A DNA stretch of 63,567 nt, from NCBI GenBank assembly GCA_964349355.1, contig CAYGFZ010000004.1:1-63567 (forward strand), in the 5' to 3' direction. Origin of the DNA: an uncultured Coriobacteriaceae bacterium. Its GTDB lineage: Bacteria; Actinomycetota; Coriobacteriia; Anaerosomatales; SLCP01. Positions 34,056 to 42,299 of this stretch are shown in pieces (the stretch's first letter is position 1; each line of letters starts with the position of its first letter). The notes below the pieces were generated by a model. The model was not told where the DNA came from, did no database searches, and saw only the letters and a program-made list of their open reading frames with translations. Position numbers and translations under genes: made by a program.

Positions 34056-34217
34056 ATGTGTTCCGAAGAGAAGCCTTCGGCGGGATCGTACCTGGAGAAC
34101 CTGCGGGCACCCATGCCGCTCGGCCGAAAGATCCGGCTGATCGCACGCAATATCCTACGCCGCATCCTCCCCCGACCCGCAACATGCTGCGGACATCCGG
34201 GCGAACCAGGCTGTTGA
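34056..34217 (+). CDS. candidate 53-aa microprotein with Cys-rich C-terminus (below the track cut-off)
   Basis: ATG with GAGGGG 8 nt upstream. Translation is MCSEEKPSAGSYLENLRAPMPLGRKIRLIARNILRRILPRPATCCGHPGEPGC. A 7-bp hairpin follows at 34228-34244. Confidence 0.3.
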   Translation: MCSEEKPSAGSYLENLRAPMPLGRKIRLIARNILRRILPRPATCCGHPGEPGC

Positions 34218-34272
34218 CGCTGAGGGTCGCCACCGTAGGTGGCGCAAGGATCCAGGATTGAACCGCCTGTCC

Positions 34273-34937
34273 CTACACAGCACTCAGCCTGCCCGCGACA
34301 CCGCGCGTCCACTCCGCGACCGCGCCGAGGTCACGGAAGTCGCCAACCGGAGCCCTGAGCGCCTTCATGACCAGACGCTCAGGAAGGGTGAAACTCTTCG
34401 GCTGGTTCCATCCGGCGAACAGGCCGAGGCCGATCGGCGTGATACCCGACTCCTCTATTATCGAGTCTGTGTAAGCGCGGACCTCGTCCATCTTCGCCGC
34501 ATCTTCTGAGTCCGTGGCGACGGTCAGGCAGCACGTGTACAACGCAACGGGGCGGGCTTTCAGTTCTGTCGCGTTGGAGAGCAGCCACTCCTTGGCGGCT
34601 CCGTGCCACTGCCCACGCGGATGCCGGAGCCCACGACCACCGCGTCGTACGCTGCGGGGTCGGGCTTGTCCTGCGCTGGCACAACTTCGGCTGTGACGCC
34701 GGCCTCGGCGAGGGTCGCGCTGATCTGCTGTGCCACACCCGCAGTGCGCCCCGGCTTGGTGCCGTATACGACCAGTACCTTGCTCATGCCGTCTCCCATA
34801 GTCTCGCGGAGGAGTTCCTCCCTGTCGTCCGGTACCCAGTTAGCCGCCGTGTACCCACCGCCGCCGACAGCGACCGCAGCGCCGAACATACCGCCCAGCA
34901 TCACGAACCGCCGACGCTTAATCCCGTTCTCACTCAT
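34273..34937 (-). pseudogene. Tat-signal flavodoxin-domain gene with a -1 nt frameshift near 34610
   Basis: N-part has RRRF plus MSKVLVVYGTKPGRTAG...VVVGSGIRVG. Shifting one base restores QWHGAAKEWLLSNATELKARPVALYTCCL, continuous with ORF 34273..34542. Confidence 0.7.
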
Positions 34938-35254
34938 GATTCCGGCCCTTTCCGTGCCGCTCCAGACCAGAACAGGTCGAATAGCTGTTCGATTCCCTCA
35001 TCCGTCTCGATGTCCGCAGGTACGTCTGCGGAGCCCATGACCATCCGGTACATCACGTAGCTTGAGGTCAGGCCAAAGAACGCCTCTGCCATCACACGCG
35101 GATCGATGTCATCGCGCAGCTCCAACTCGCGCACCTCCGGTATCGACGCCGCGTCGAAGGCGAGACTAATTGCAAGCGCGCCGCCCTCCGGAGTGCCTCC
35201 TGACCACTCTGTTCGGCGCTCCCTGAGCGACAGTGCTAGTATTGCTGCGATCGA
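34934..35254 (-). pseudogene. 5'-truncated TetR-family regulator relic (C-terminal ligand domain only)
   Basis: The last ~106 codons are TetR-C-like (DPRVMAEAFFGLTSSYVMYRMV...LFDLFWSG). ATGA overlap with the flavodoxin start. The expected HTH position is occupied by the plus-strand ABC gene. Confidence 0.4.
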
Positions 35255-35269
35255 AGGGGGGCGGGTTCG

Positions 35270-35950
35270 ATGCAGGCTGCCATCGCGGTGCGCGACGTGC
35301 ACAAGCACTTCCTCATGGGTAGCGATTCCGTCGAGGTGCTGCGCGGTGTCGACCTCGACATCCCTCGCGGCGATGTCGTCTGCCTGATGGGCCCCTCGGG
35401 ATCGGGCAAGTCGACCCTCCTCAACCTCATCGGGGCCCTCGACCGCCCCTCGGAGGGCAGCATCGCGGTTGAAGGCATCGAGCTTGCCAGCCTGTCCGAC
35501 GAAGATGCTGCGAGCTACCGGCGCGACCGCGTCGGGTTCGTCTTCCAATCGTTTAACCTCGTGCCTACGCTGACCGCCGAGGAGAACGTCGTACTGCCCC
35601 TCATCTTCGGCGGCGTGGAGCTCGGCGAACGTGCTCGCAGGGCACGCGTGGCGCTTGACCGCGTGGGGCTCTCCCACCGCACGGGTCACCGCCCCACCGA
35701 GCTGTCCGGCGGCGAACAGCAGCGCGTAGCAATCGCCCGCGCGATCATCGGTGAGCCCTCGGTCATCCTGGCCGACGAGCCGACCGGCAACCTCGACACC
35801 TCCACCGGCGAGCAGATCCTCGGCCTCCTCGGCGAGATGAACCGCGAAGTCGGGCAGACGTTCCTGATCACCACGCACGATGCCGAGGTGGCCTCGCGCG
35901 CAGACCGCATCATCCATATCCGCGACGGCCGCATCGAGACCGGCCCGTAA
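35270..35950 (+). CDS. MacB/LolD-type ABC ATP-binding protein
   Basis: GPSGSGKST, LSGGEQQRVAIARA and ILADEPTGNLD motifs. Confidence 0.9.
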   Translation: MQAAIAVRDVHKHFLMGSDSVEVLRGVDLDIPRGDVVCLMGPSGSGKSTLLNLIGALDRPSEGSIAVEGIELASLSDEDAASYRRDRVGFVFQSFNLVPTLTAEENVVLPLIFGGVELGERARRARVALDRVGLSHRTGHRPTELSGGEQQRVAIARAIIGEPSVILADEPTGNLDTSTGEQILGLLGEMNREVGQTFLITTHDAEVASRADRIIHIRDGRIETGP

Positions 35951-35963
35951 GGAGGCGCACCCG

Positions 35964-36890
35964 ATGACCACGCTCCCGTCCATCCGCCGTGCAGCGCCCG
36001 TGCTCCGTGTGGCGCTGGCCACATCGATCGCGATGGCGTCGCTTCTCGGAACCGCCCCTGCGGCGACAGCCGCCGGGACCGCGTTGCTGGTCGATTCGTT
36101 CGCTGCCACACCCGAGGTAGCGGTCGCAGGCGAGTCGTTCGAGCTCACTGTCGTGCTGCGTAACCACACCACGCGCCGTGCCGACGACGTCCAGGTTACC
36201 GTCGGCGCCTCCGCCGCGCCCTCGACCGAGGGCGCACCAGCGACTGGCGCGACCACCGACCTCGCTGTCGTGGGCACCGGCAACACCCAGCGCATCGGCC
36301 GTATCGCAGCCGAGTCCACCGCGACCGTGACCTTCACGCTCGCCTCCGATCCCGCAGCGCGTGCGGGAGTCCACTCCGTTCCGGTGACGGTCAGCTACGA
36401 CACCGGCGGGCGGCCGGAGCAACTCACCCAATCCCTCGGCGTGCTCGTCACGCAGCTCGCACGTCTGGAGCTCACCGTATTCGAGTTTCCCGATGAGGTC
36501 GTGGCGGGCGAATCGTTCGACGTACTTGCCGAGGTGATGAACACCGGCGAGGTCCGCGCCGGAGGGGTCGTTTTGTCACTGGCTGCAACCGGTCCCGGTG
36601 CCGTCGGGATCGATGCCGGGCGCCAGACGGTCGGCTCGCTGGACGCGGGCGATATCGACGTTGTGGAGGCGGTCGTCACCCCACCCGGCGCTGGCAAGGT
36701 CGAGATCGCGCTCACAATCGCCTACTCTGATGCACTCGGCACGGTGCATGAAACCGAGCACACCCGCACAGTGACGGTCACAGCGTCCGACACCACTGGG
36801 GATCCTGATGCCGGGGACGAAGCCGAGGACCGCGGCTTCTTCGGTTCGATCGCAGCATTCTTCCGGGCGCTCTTCGGGCTCGGGGAGTAA
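35964..36890 (+). CDS. exported protein with two CARDB/COG1361-like Ig-fold repeats and a hydrophobic C-terminal tail
   Basis: AAGGAGG RBS and a signal peptide ending ATAAGT. Repeats VAGESFELTVVLRNHT and VAGESFDVLAEVMNTG. Tail is GFFGSIAAFFRALFGL. Confidence 0.65.
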   Translation: MTTLPSIRRAAPVLRVALATSIAMASLLGTAPAATAAGTALLVDSFAATPEVAVAGESFELTVVLRNHTTRRADDVQVTVGASAAPSTEGAPATGATTDLAVVGTGNTQRIGRIAAESTATVTFTLASDPAARAGVHSVPVTVSYDTGGRPEQLTQSLGVLVTQLARLELTVFEFPDEVVAGESFDVLAEVMNTGEVRAGGVVLSLAATGPGAVGIDAGRQTVGSLDAGDIDVVEAVVTPPGAGKVEIALTIAYSDALGTVHETEHTRTVTVTASDTTGDPDAGDEAEDRGFFGSIAAFFRALFGLGE

Positions 36891-36897
36891 CCGGCCC

Positions 36898-38145
36898 GTG
36901 CGCACCGCCGACCTTACGCGCACCGTCGTCCTGACCCTGAAGCGCATGCGCTTCAGGGTCGTTCTCACGGTGCTCGGAGTCGTGATCGGTACCACGTCGG
37001 TCGTGTTGATGATCGCGATTGGCGCGGGGATGCAGCGCAGCCTGACAGGGCAACTCGATGTGTTCGGACGCGCTACCCAGGTCACCGTCTACCCTGTCGG
37101 CGACAACCCTTACATGGCCGGCGACCCGACGCAGGCAACACGGAAGACCCGCCCGCTCAATGACACTGCCGTGCGCGAGCTCGAGCGCCTTCCCGGCGTA
37201 GAGAGCGTGATGGGCCAGTACACTCTCAGCGCACAGGCAAACTTCCGCCGCGACAGCGCAAACGTCCAGGTCTACGTCGTTCAGCCTGCTGCACTGCGCG
37301 CGCTCGACCTCCCGATCGCCGAAGGCCGTGAGCTCAGGACAGGTAACGAGATCATTATGGGCGACGCGGTGCCCGGCTTGTTCCTCGGCAACGTGTTCGG
37401 GGGAGACGGTCCGCGCGCCGACGTCCTCAACGAGCGCATCTCCCTCGACGTCGTGCGCGAGGTGCTGGCCGAGGTCGGCACGCCTGCCACCCGCACCCTT
37501 CGCGTACGCGTCGCAGGCGTGCTCGAGCCTGTCGACTTCGAGAGTGACTACGCGGTCTATCTGCCGATCTCGGCCGCCCGGCCTCTGCTTGGGGCAGAGT
37601 CGCGGCGAGGCTATAAGCAGGCGATAGTTCAGGCCGAGACACCGGAGCAGGTCGAAGCCGTCACCACTGCCATCACCGAAGCGGGTTTCGACGCATTCTC
37701 GCTTCGCGCGCAGGTTGAAGCGTTGCAGCAGGTCTTCGTCATCATCCAGGTCGTGCTCGCGGGAGTGGGCGGGATCGCACTTGTCGTCGCCTCTCTCGGT
37801 ATCGCGAACACCATGACGATGGCCACCTACGAGCGCACACGCGAGATCGGCATCATGAAGGCCGTCGGGGCCTCGCGAAAACAGGTGATGCGCATCTTTC
37901 TCGTCGAGTCCGCCGCCATCGGTATCCTGGGCGGCGTCATAGGGCTCGTGCTGTCCTTCGCCCTCGCAGCGCTCGGCAACCTCGCGCTGGCTCCGACGCT
38001 GCAGGGCGAGTCTCTCTTCTACATCCCTGTATGGCTCGCGCTCTTCGCCGTGATCTTCTCGGCGGCTGTGGGGCTCGCTGCCGGTGTCCTGCCCGCCATG
38101 CGGGCCTCTCGTCTCGACCCGCTCATCGCCTTGCGTCACGAGTAG
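36898..38145 (+). CDS. FtsX/MacB-family ABC permease
   Basis: GTG start. N-terminal TM, large extracytoplasmic domain, and a C-terminal FtsX four-helix region (REIGIMKAVGASRKQVM). Confidence 0.85.
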   Translation: MRTADLTRTVVLTLKRMRFRVVLTVLGVVIGTTSVVLMIAIGAGMQRSLTGQLDVFGRATQVTVYPVGDNPYMAGDPTQATRKTRPLNDTAVRELERLPGVESVMGQYTLSAQANFRRDSANVQVYVVQPAALRALDLPIAEGRELRTGNEIIMGDAVPGLFLGNVFGGDGPRADVLNERISLDVVREVLAEVGTPATRTLRVRVAGVLEPVDFESDYAVYLPISAARPLLGAESRRGYKQAIVQAETPEQVEAVTTAITEAGFDAFSLRAQVEALQQVFVIIQVVLAGVGGIALVVASLGIANTMTMATYERTREIGIMKAVGASRKQVMRIFLVESAAIGILGGVIGLVLSFALAALGNLALAPTLQGESLFYIPVWLALFAVIFSAAVGLAAGVLPAMRASRLDPLIALRHE

Positions 38146-38153
38146 GAGGAACC

Positions 38154-38888
38154 ATGCACGCTCTCGCAACCACGCTGCTAGTCTTGGTCAGACCCCGCCG
38201 GGCCTTCGAGCGGCTCCGCGACGGCCAGAAGTGGGTGTGGCTTGCGGCGCTACTCTTGCTCCTCGCTACAACACTCGTCCACGTCTCTTTCTCGATCCCG
38301 CACATCATCGAACTCCAGGACGAAGTGCTCCGGGAGCAGGGCATCTCGTTCGGCGCAGAAGTCGACACGGACGACCCGGATGCAGCGCCCGTACTTCCCC
38401 CGGGCATGGAGGAGAATATGAAGACCATAGCGGTCATCTCGTCCTATGTCTTCGGCCCTATAGCGCTCGTGATCGGTGCGCTCTTGCTCGCCGCGCTGTT
38501 CATGATCGTCGCACGGGCGTGGGGCGGCGAGGGCACCTTCCCTCTCGCCTTCGGCATGCTCCTGCTCGCCCAGATGCCCGACGCGGTCCGCGCACTTGTG
38601 CAGTCCGCATACACCGCACTCACCGGCGATTGGGTCGTGCACCAGGGACTCTCCGCGCTCATCGCCGAGAACGTCTCGATGGCAGCCCCCACACCCGCCT
38701 ACGCGCTTCTGTCGATGATCGACATCTTCTTCATCTGGTACCTCGTGCTGCTGTTCCTCGGCCTGGTCGTGGTTCTCAAGATACCGAGGAACCGTGCACT
38801 GATCGTCGTCGGGGTCTACCTGCTGCTTGCGGTCGCCCTCACTGTGATTCCGACGGCCCTGACTGCAGCGTTCATGCCTGGTAGCTGA
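38154..38888 (+). CDS. Yip1-family membrane protein
   Basis: AGGAGGA RBS. LVRPRRAFERL N-terminus followed by five TM helices. Last gene of the ABC module. Confidence 0.7.
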   Translation: MHALATTLLVLVRPRRAFERLRDGQKWVWLAALLLLLATTLVHVSFSIPHIIELQDEVLREQGISFGAEVDTDDPDAAPVLPPGMEENMKTIAVISSYVFGPIALVIGALLLAALFMIVARAWGGEGTFPLAFGMLLLAQMPDAVRALVQSAYTALTGDWVVHQGLSALIAENVSMAAPTPAYALLSMIDIFFIWYLVLLFLGLVVVLKIPRNRALIVVGVYLLLAVALTVIPTALTAAFMPGS

Positions 38889-38915
38889 TCGGCACTGTAG
38901 TGACCGCACTCCGGC

Positions 38916-40094
38916 TCAGGACGGCAGGCCCTCGGCATTGATCCGTTCCGCGATCGCCCCGACGACATGCGCACGCTGCATATCGATGCCAGCGCTGACC
39001 TCGGCCGAAAGAGCTGTGCCGGCAGTCGCAGCCACGGCCGCGATGAGCGGGAACGCGCCCGAGAAGAGCCGCTCCCGATCTTCGCCCACGCCCTCAAGCA
39101 GCTTGCGCTCCTCGAGCATCGCGAGATCGGATGCCGCCTGTTTTCCGGAAATGCCGACGAGCGAGCGATAGTATCTGTTGGTCACCGGCCGACCGAAGAA
39201 TGCGTCGAAGAGGGCCTCGGCCAGGCGCGATTCTCCTCCAAGCTCCTCTATAGCGAGTGCCTCAAGCACATCCCAAATCTTGCACTCGACGGCCTGCTTG
39301 AGCCAGAACCGCTCGACCTGGCGACGCTGCGCCTTGATGTGAGACGTGACAAGCCGCGTAACGTCTGCGTTGGGATCCCACTTGTGTCCCAGGTCGCCAA
39401 AGGAACGATAGTAGTCCTCACGATGCGTGCCCCACCACTCCTCGAGGCTCGTGAACTCCTGCGTGCCGTACCCACCCATGCGCATCGCCATCGAGGACAG
39501 GATGCGCGCAACACGACCGTTGCCATCACTGAACGGGTGTATCCCCGCGAGTCGGGCGTGCGCGAGCGCAGCCCTTACCGGCGCAGGGTCGCTGGATCGC
39601 TGAACCCAATCACAGAACTCATCGACGAGACCCGGAACCTTTCTAAAGTCCGGAGGACTGTACACGACCGCGCCCGATCCGCTGTCCCCCAGCCACACGT
39701 TGGCAGCCCTGAATCGTCCTGCTATGGAATCGACTCCTCCGCCCATCACCCTCCAGTGCACGCCGAGCACGAAGTCCGTGCTCCACCGGAACGCGTCGTC
39801 ATCAGCGCGTCGAAGCGCATACTCCACAGCCTCTCGGTACCCCTCGACAAGCTCGCAGTCCTTCTCGCACACCCACACGGGCGGATCGCCCGCAAGGATG
39901 CGGCGGACGTCATCTGAGGTGACCGCTATACCCTCTATGCTGGTCGAAGCGGCGACGACCCCGGCCTCCCACTCGCGCCGCAATCGCCCGAGCCACCGGC
40001 GGGACAGGGCCCCTCGGCAATCGAGGCGATCACGAAGCACGTCGAGACGTTCGAGTTCCTCGGCAAGATAGGGCGTCACCCGATACCGATACAC
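38916..40094 (-). CDS. Fic-family protein with intramolecular inhibitory motif and C-terminal winged-helix-like region
   Basis: HPFSDGNGRVARIL active-site motif. STSIEGI matches (S/T)xxxE(G/N). GTG at 40094 is preceded by AAGGAG. The upstream part of the tracked ORF is not protein-like. Confidence 0.85.
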   Translation of the reverse strand: MYRYRVTPYLAEELERLDVLRDRLDCRGALSRRWLGRLRREWEAGVVAASTSIEGIAVTSDDVRRILAGDPPVWVCEKDCELVEGYREAVEYALRRADDDAFRWSTDFVLGVHWRVMGGGVDSIAGRFRAANVWLGDSGSGAVVYSPPDFRKVPGLVDEFCDWVQRSSDPAPVRAALAHARLAGIHPFSDGNGRVARILSSMAMRMGGYGTQEFTSLEEWWGTHREDYYRSFGDLGHKWDPNADVTRLVTSHIKAQRRQVERFWLKQAVECKIWDVLEALAIEELGGESRLAEALFDAFFGRPVTNRYYRSLVGISGKQAASDLAMLEERKLLEGVGEDRERLFSGAFPLIAAVAATAGTALSAEVSAGIDMQRAHVVGAIAERINAEGLPS

Positions 40095-40287
40095 ACCGAA
40101 CTCCTTAGCCAGCCTGCGGTGCAGGTACCCCCAGTGTACCCTCCCGGGCGACGTAGGAGACGGACGGTGCGGGCAGCGAGCCCCGCCTGACCGCGCGGTA
40201 CACCACGAAGAAATAGACGACCGCCTGGCGCGACTTTCCGAGTTTCTCGGACAGTGGCGACATAACCGCAGCTCAAGCGGTCCGTTT

Positions 40288-40527
40288 TCAGGTCTTCGGT
40301 GTATTACCCCCACCCGGCATGTATTCGGCGAGTCCGAGTGCGTCGACGCAATAGAAGACGTGCACCCTTATCTTGTCGTCGGTCCAGTGAAACATCGGCG
40401 AGAAGGAGATGGGGGTGAAGAGGTTGGTGGCGTCGAGCACGAGGGCTGCGGTGTCGATGCCGAAGTGCTCGATGGCGACTTCTCTTAAGTGAGACGACAG
40501 CGCGCTCCTCTCATACCACGCGCCCAT
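40288..40527 (-). pseudogene. internally deleted DDE transposase relic (IS4/IS1634-like)
   Basis: 79 aa joining an N-terminal-type segment (LVLDATNLFT, first-D region) directly to a C-terminal-type segment (FHWTDDKIRVHVFYC). Confidence 0.5.
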
Positions 40528-40617
40528 CTGGGATTTCGAGCACGGTGCCGCCGCACGGTTGATCAGGGGCGATGGTCGGCTACAGGGCGAGGGAAGACGC
40601 TAACTCGGAAAGTCGCG

Positions 40618-41076
40618 CTAGGACTTCGCGGCTATCACGCGTTCGAGCACCTCTGCGAAACGCTCACGATCCTCGTCCAGAAACGGACTCGGCCCCTTCG
40701 TGCGGCCGCCGGAGCGCCGGTGGACTTGCTCGGCGTGCCGGACTGCAAGCTCCATGTCGATCGTCGTCCTCGAGTACGTGCGGCCGCGCGGGCTGATAGC
40801 GTGCGCATCCCGCCCGAGCACCATCGCGGCAAGCCCGATATCGCCGGTCACGACCACGTCTCCGGGTTCGAGCCTCTCCACGATCGCGAAATCAGCAGCG
40901 TCACGCCCCCCGCTCACCTGCACGCACTCCACGCCCGGGCGGTCGGAGTACCGGCCGAGATTCTGAGTGGCGTTCGCGATCAACACCGTGGACACCTTAT
41001 GGCGGCGCGCGACAGCCAGAGCTTCGCGAGTCACAGGGCAGGCGTCGGCATCGATGTAGAGGGTAGGGGTGACCAT
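40618..41076 (-). CDS. YaiI/YqxD (UPF0178) family protein
   Basis: LYIDADACPV N-terminus and VVTGDIGLAA motif. Confidence 0.85.
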   Translation of the reverse strand: MVTPTLYIDADACPVTREALAVARRHKVSTVLIANATQNLGRYSDRPGVECVQVSGGRDAADFAIVERLEPGDVVVTGDIGLAAMVLGRDAHAISPRGRTYSRTTIDMELAVRHAEQVHRRSGGRTKGPSPFLDEDRERFAEVLERVIAAKS

Positions 41077-41110
41077 GCGCTCAGTGTAGCGGAGCGTGCC
41101 AACGGTCGCC

Positions 41111-42145
41111 CTACTCGATCACCACTCCGTGACCGGGCGGCACGACCTCGATCCAGGTGACCCCGACCGCGAGCGGGAACGGCTCCCCCTCGGCGGTAAT
41201 GAAGCGCGGAGGGGCGTCGGCGAACGCTCTCCACCCCACGTCGTAGCGTCGGCCGTCCCGCAACACGACCGCGTCACCTTCCGAGTCGAGCCGGATGTCA
41301 AGAACGGCCGAGCCGGCAGCGTCGCGCATGTCGGTCTCGCGGGCCTCGGCGAACAGCACGATCACATTGGCGGCCGCGTACGGAGCCCCGGAGCCCTCAT
41401 CGGCGTGCGGCACCCCCTCCACGTCGCGCACCCAGCGATCGGCCTCTACGTCCCACGTCCACAGCACATCGTTCCCACCCGAAAACGGGACGGCGATGCT
41501 GGCGACGGCAGGAGCCTCACCGGCGCCCTCCTGGTCCGCACCCGGCACGTCACCGAAGAGGAGGCTGCGCGGCCCACCTTCGATCGCGTAGGCGTTGTCG
41601 GCGGCGGCGGCAAGCAGGTCGGTGGTTCTCGCATACACGTTGTGAGGCGCCGGGCGGGCCGGATCGCGCTCGTAGAGCGCCGGGCGACCCTCCATACCAA
41701 GTTCGTCGATGCCCGCCGCGAAGATACGGTCGCGCACGGTCTGGTTCGCGCCGGAGAAGGCGAAGAGCGCATTGTATTGGGGGACGAGATAAACATCCGA
41801 GAGGCGTGCGCTGCGAATCGGGCCCACCCGCTCCGACATGCTCGAATGGAAGATGGCGTTGAAGCGCGGTATGCCGCCCTCAGAAAGAGTCTCGTAGACG
41901 ACGTCGGCATTAGCGAGTCCGGCCTGGGGACGCGCAGCCGGAGAGTTCTCGATCTTGACCGAGACGGCTCGCACGTCGATCGATGCGGCGTCGGGCGCCA
42001 GTTCTCCGGTAAGCGGCCAGTAGACCGGTTCAGGGTCGGGCTCTTGCGTGAGCACAGTGGATTCGGCCCGGTAAAGCAGCCAGACGGCCGCACCAGCGAC
42101 GGCGAGCAAGATAACGGTGGCTGCGATCTTCTTCGGGAGACTCAT
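41111..42145 (-). CDS. DUF3048 (YerB-like) exported protein
   Basis: N-terminal TM/signal. VSVKIENSPAARPQAGLANADVVYE and GGIPRFNAIFHS motifs. Confidence 0.8.
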   Translation of the reverse strand: MSLPKKIAATVILLAVAGAAVWLLYRAESTVLTQEPDPEPVYWPLTGELAPDAASIDVRAVSVKIENSPAARPQAGLANADVVYETLSEGGIPRFNAIFHSSMSERVGPIRSARLSDVYLVPQYNALFAFSGANQTVRDRIFAAGIDELGMEGRPALYERDPARPAPHNVYARTTDLLAAAADNAYAIEGGPRSLLFGDVPGADQEGAGEAPAVASIAVPFSGGNDVLWTWDVEADRWVRDVEGVPHADEGSGAPYAAANVIVLFAEARETDMRDAAGSAVLDIRLDSEGDAVVLRDGRRYDVGWRAFADAPPRFITAEGEPFPLAVGVTWIEVVPPGHGVVIE

Positions 42146-42299
42146 GAAACGCTCCTTAGCGTGAGTGGGCCTGTCTCTTATCGAGTGTACTCGCCTTCAG
42201 CCCTCCACGCGCCCGTGTTCGCGCAGAGAAGTCTTTGTGATGCATAATCAGAGGACGAGATGGAGTCCGCCCGGCCGACGGGAAGGCACGGACCTTCAG

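Noticed and set aside
33953-34261. 102-aa plus-strand ORF in the hisF/flavodoxin gap.
   Set aside because: The translation is low-complexity and Pro/Arg-rich with no RBS. The overlapping 53-codon frame (34056..34217) is the more protein-like reading.
34934-36337. 467-aa minus-strand ORF spanning the ABC ATPase and the CARDB-like gene.
   Set aside because: Only the last ~106 codons look like a real (TetR C-terminal) protein. The rest is antisense to the well-supported plus-strand ABC genes.
40105-40263. 52-codon ORF with an HTH-like LSEKLGKSRQAV string just upstream of fic, considered as a Fic antitoxin.
   Set aside because: The Fic protein carries its own inhibitory motif. The micro-ORF lacks the first helices of an HTH and is bounded by a stop 3 codons upstream of its ATG. 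It is more likely part of the adjacent IS relic.
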